A stretch of 64,000 nucleotides of DNA from a virus (taxonomy: Duplodnaviria > Heunggongvirae > Uroviricota > Caudoviricetes). The position numbers were made by a program, and so were the translations under genes. Location: the IMG/VR virus record IMGVR_UViG_2698536476_000008; one strand, 5' to 3'. This document shows positions 62,070 to 64,000 of this stretch, piece by piece. The notes under the pieces were generated by a model. The model was given only the letters and a program-made list of their open reading frames with translations. It searched no databases and was not told the origin of the DNA. Each line of letters begins with the position of its first letter. Position 1 is the stretch's first letter.

Positions 62070-62150
62070 CGCACACCTCTACAATGGTGGGCTGTATGGG
62101 GCTACCTTCGGGTAGGCTGGTTACCTTGGACGCCAGTAAGGCCAACTCCG
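62070..62150 (+). ncRNA. Candidate c4-like immunity RNA, second copy (coordinates approximate)
   Basis: AATGGTGGGCTGTATGGGGCTACCTTCGGGTAGGCTGG conserved with 11604-11645. Confidence 0.35.
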
Positions 62151-62221
62151 TACAGTCCACCGCCAGCAAGATTGGTCTCTTCTGCGGTGGTTACATACCA
62201 ACGTCTAAGGAGGCTGCCAAT

Positions 62222-62443
62222 ATGGCTACTATCCCTACCCCAACTCATCCTGAATTTATCTGGCGCTTTTACTCCTGCCAAAAACGTCACTATCACTTCG
62301 TTATTGCACCAACAGAAGATGAGGCCCGCTCTCAGCTGCCTGACGCCCCATGTATTTTCTCTGCCCGTTTTTCCACTGATTCACGCAATTCTCTCAGTTA
62401 CTGGTACCTCCCTGTTAACGCTTCTGTTCAGGAGGGGCTATGA
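62222..62443 (+). CDS. icd: Icd-like small protein (73 aa), second copy
   Basis: AAGGAGG before ATG 62222; MATIPTPTHPEFIWRFYSCQKRHYHFVIAPTEDEARSQLPD... Confidence 0.55.
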   Translation: MATIPTPTHPEFIWRFYSCQKRHYHFVIAPTEDEARSQLPDAPCIFSARFSTDSRNSLSYWYLPVNASVQEGL

Positions 62444-63558
62444 GAACGTCATTAGTCACCCGTGAAGAGATGATCGAGGCAATTGAACAGCACACTGCCT
62501 GTATCAGCACCAGGGATATTCCCAGTGTTATAGCCAACTACTTCATGATCACTAAACAACTTTACCGGAGAAAGGACAAGAACGCGGTTCACCGTATCCT
62601 GCTGTCTGATATTCGCGAATACCTGCTCGAACAGGGTCATCTGAATTACGCAACCGTCGCAGCCGAAGCACGCAAGGAGGCACACAGAATGAAAGCAACT
62701 AACGTTAAATCAGAAAAAATTCATGCACCTTCAGTTCAGGAATCGGAGCTGGTGGTTGTTCAGAATCAGTCTGATGAAATTCCCGTTCTGGAATGGCAGG
62801 GAGTGCGTGTAGTGACAACCGAGACTCTTGCTAGAGGGTATGGGACAGAAACAATCCGTATTCGCCAAAATCATCATGAGAACAAAGTACGCTTTGTTGA
62901 AGGGAAGCACTTTTTCAAAGTTGAAGGAGAATCATTGCGCGAGTTGAAGCACAGAGTAGCTTTAAACTACTCTGTAAAAATTGCTCGCAATGTTCGCTCA
63001 CTCACCCTCTGGACAGAACGCGGCGCAGCCCGCCACGCTAAAATGCTCGAAACCGATCAGGCATGGGCATTCTTTGAAAAACTGGAAGACAGCTACTTCC
63101 GACAAAAAGAACAGCAACCGATCGCAATCCCCCAGACGCTTCCTGAAGCCCTACGCCTGGCTGCCGAACTGGCTGAACAAAAGCAACTTCTGGAACAGAA
63201 AGCCCACCAGCTAAATCAGCAGCTGGTGGCCGCCGCTCCTAAAGTCGATTTTGCCGACCGGGTATCAGTAGCTAAAGGGATCCTGATTGGGAATTTTGCA
63301 AAGGTTGTTGGACTTAAGCAAAACGCGCTGTTTGTCTGGTTACGGGAGAACGGCATCCTGATAGCGTCCGGTGGACGTAAAAATGTGCCGTTCCAGCAGT
63401 ACATCAACGCGGGGTATTTCACGGTGAAAGAAGTGGTGCTGGATGATGAAGATGGCTACCAGATACGGTTGACGCCTCAATTAACGGGTAAAGGCCAGCA
63501 GTGGTTGACGCGTAAACTGCTCGATGCTGGCTTGTTAAAACCGGTGGCAGCTGAATAA
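62440..63558 (+). CDS. ant: Antirepressor paralog (372 aa) with extra middle domain
   Basis: N- and C-terminal thirds paralogous to Ant at 11951-12994. Confidence 0.75.
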   Translation: MRTSLVTREEMIEAIEQHTACISTRDIPSVIANYFMITKQLYRRKDKNAVHRILLSDIREYLLEQGHLNYATVAAEARKEAHRMKATNVKSEKIHAPSVQESELVVVQNQSDEIPVLEWQGVRVVTTETLARGYGTETIRIRQNHHENKVRFVEGKHFFKVEGESLRELKHRVALNYSVKIARNVRSLTLWTERGAARHAKMLETDQAWAFFEKLEDSYFRQKEQQPIAIPQTLPEALRLAAELAEQKQLLEQKAHQLNQQLVAAAPKVDFADRVSVAKGILIGNFAKVVGLKQNALFVWLRENGILIASGGRKNVPFQQYINAGYFTVKEVVLDDEDGYQIRLTPQLTGKGQQWLTRKLLDAGLLKPVAAE

Positions 63559-63590
63559 TGGAAGAATGCCCGGTTGATGCCGGGCATAAT

Positions 63591-64000
63591 TTATTGCGCG
63601 CTTTCGGGGTTGTCGTTTACTGGCTGCCCCTTCTTGGTTTTACGACTGCGCGTAACTGATGCGGCTGACTTAACCTTTTTCTCTTCGCGAGTGATGGCAA
63701 TTTGTTTTTTTACATTTTCAATATCTGCCAGGCGATATATTTTTGCTTGCGGCCAGCGGTCGCAGATGATCGGTTCTATGGAGTCATAAAGGCTAAATTT
63801 TGCTTTTTCGAATTCACCGTTGATGATAATTCCATCACGGAGAGTTTCATCGCAGATAAACACGCCACACAGTGGCACATGGTAACTAACTGATTTACCA
63901 TCATTGTAGTTAGGGCTACTGGAAATGTAGTGGACGCGCAGCATTGTTTCGCTAAAGCCGTGTACGCGCATACGGAATTTTTCATCCTCCGGGTACTGCC
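63591..64000 (-). CDS. Hypothetical protein, probably truncated at window end
   Basis: Reading frame stays open upstream of the first Met to the window edge; basic C-terminus. Confidence 0.35.
   Translation of the reverse strand, partial: QYPEDEKFRMRVHGFSETMLRVHYISSSPNYNDGKSVSYHVPLCGVFICDETLRDGIIINGEFEKAKFSLYDSIEPIICDRWPQAKIYRLADIENVKKQIAITREEKKVKSAASVTRSRKTKKGQPVNDNPESAQ

Overview
The window reads as about 64 kb of a P1-type temperate phage-plasmid (myovirus that maintains itself as a plasmid), with some accessory content not expected from the P1 backbone as I remember it. All calls rest on reading the sequence and the supplied ORF translations by eye; no searches or folding were run. Left to right: a tail fibre with tandem coding repeats, truncated at the window start (1-1358), and a baseplate/tail operon with a Sit-like 1130-aa lytic-transglycosylase protein; an immunity-type locus (C1-operator-like site, candidate c4-like RNA, icd-like, ant), kilA, repL and a hok/mok-like toxin gene; sheath-like and major-head-like genes; parS-parB-parA; a T5orf172-like gene sitting between parA and the incA-like iterons; repA flanked by iteron arrays with a GATC cluster and DnaA box; a spanin-like pair; uhr-hrdC-dmt (fused C5/N6 methyltransferase); tRNA-Asn, tRNA-Thr and tRNA-Ile(CAT); ban; a second baseplate cluster; a long plus-strand run of small early genes including ppp, hot, humD (LexA box), phd-doc, lpa, pacA (with pac hexamer clusters) and pacB; then a second icd-ant locus. 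At least eleven sites matching my recalled C1 operator consensus ATTGCTCTAATAAATTT precede these operons. The best candidate for something undescribed is a family of five long-stem hairpin elements (shared arms CACAACAGGTAAGGG / CCCTTACCGTTGTG) interleaved with the tRNA genes in a roughly 1.7 kb stretch with no convincing protein-coding gene. Other accessory items are the hok-like module, the T5orf172-like gene inside the replicon, an SPFH lipoprotein pair, and a secreted protein that shares a motif with Sit. Gene names are given only where size, motifs and context all agree.
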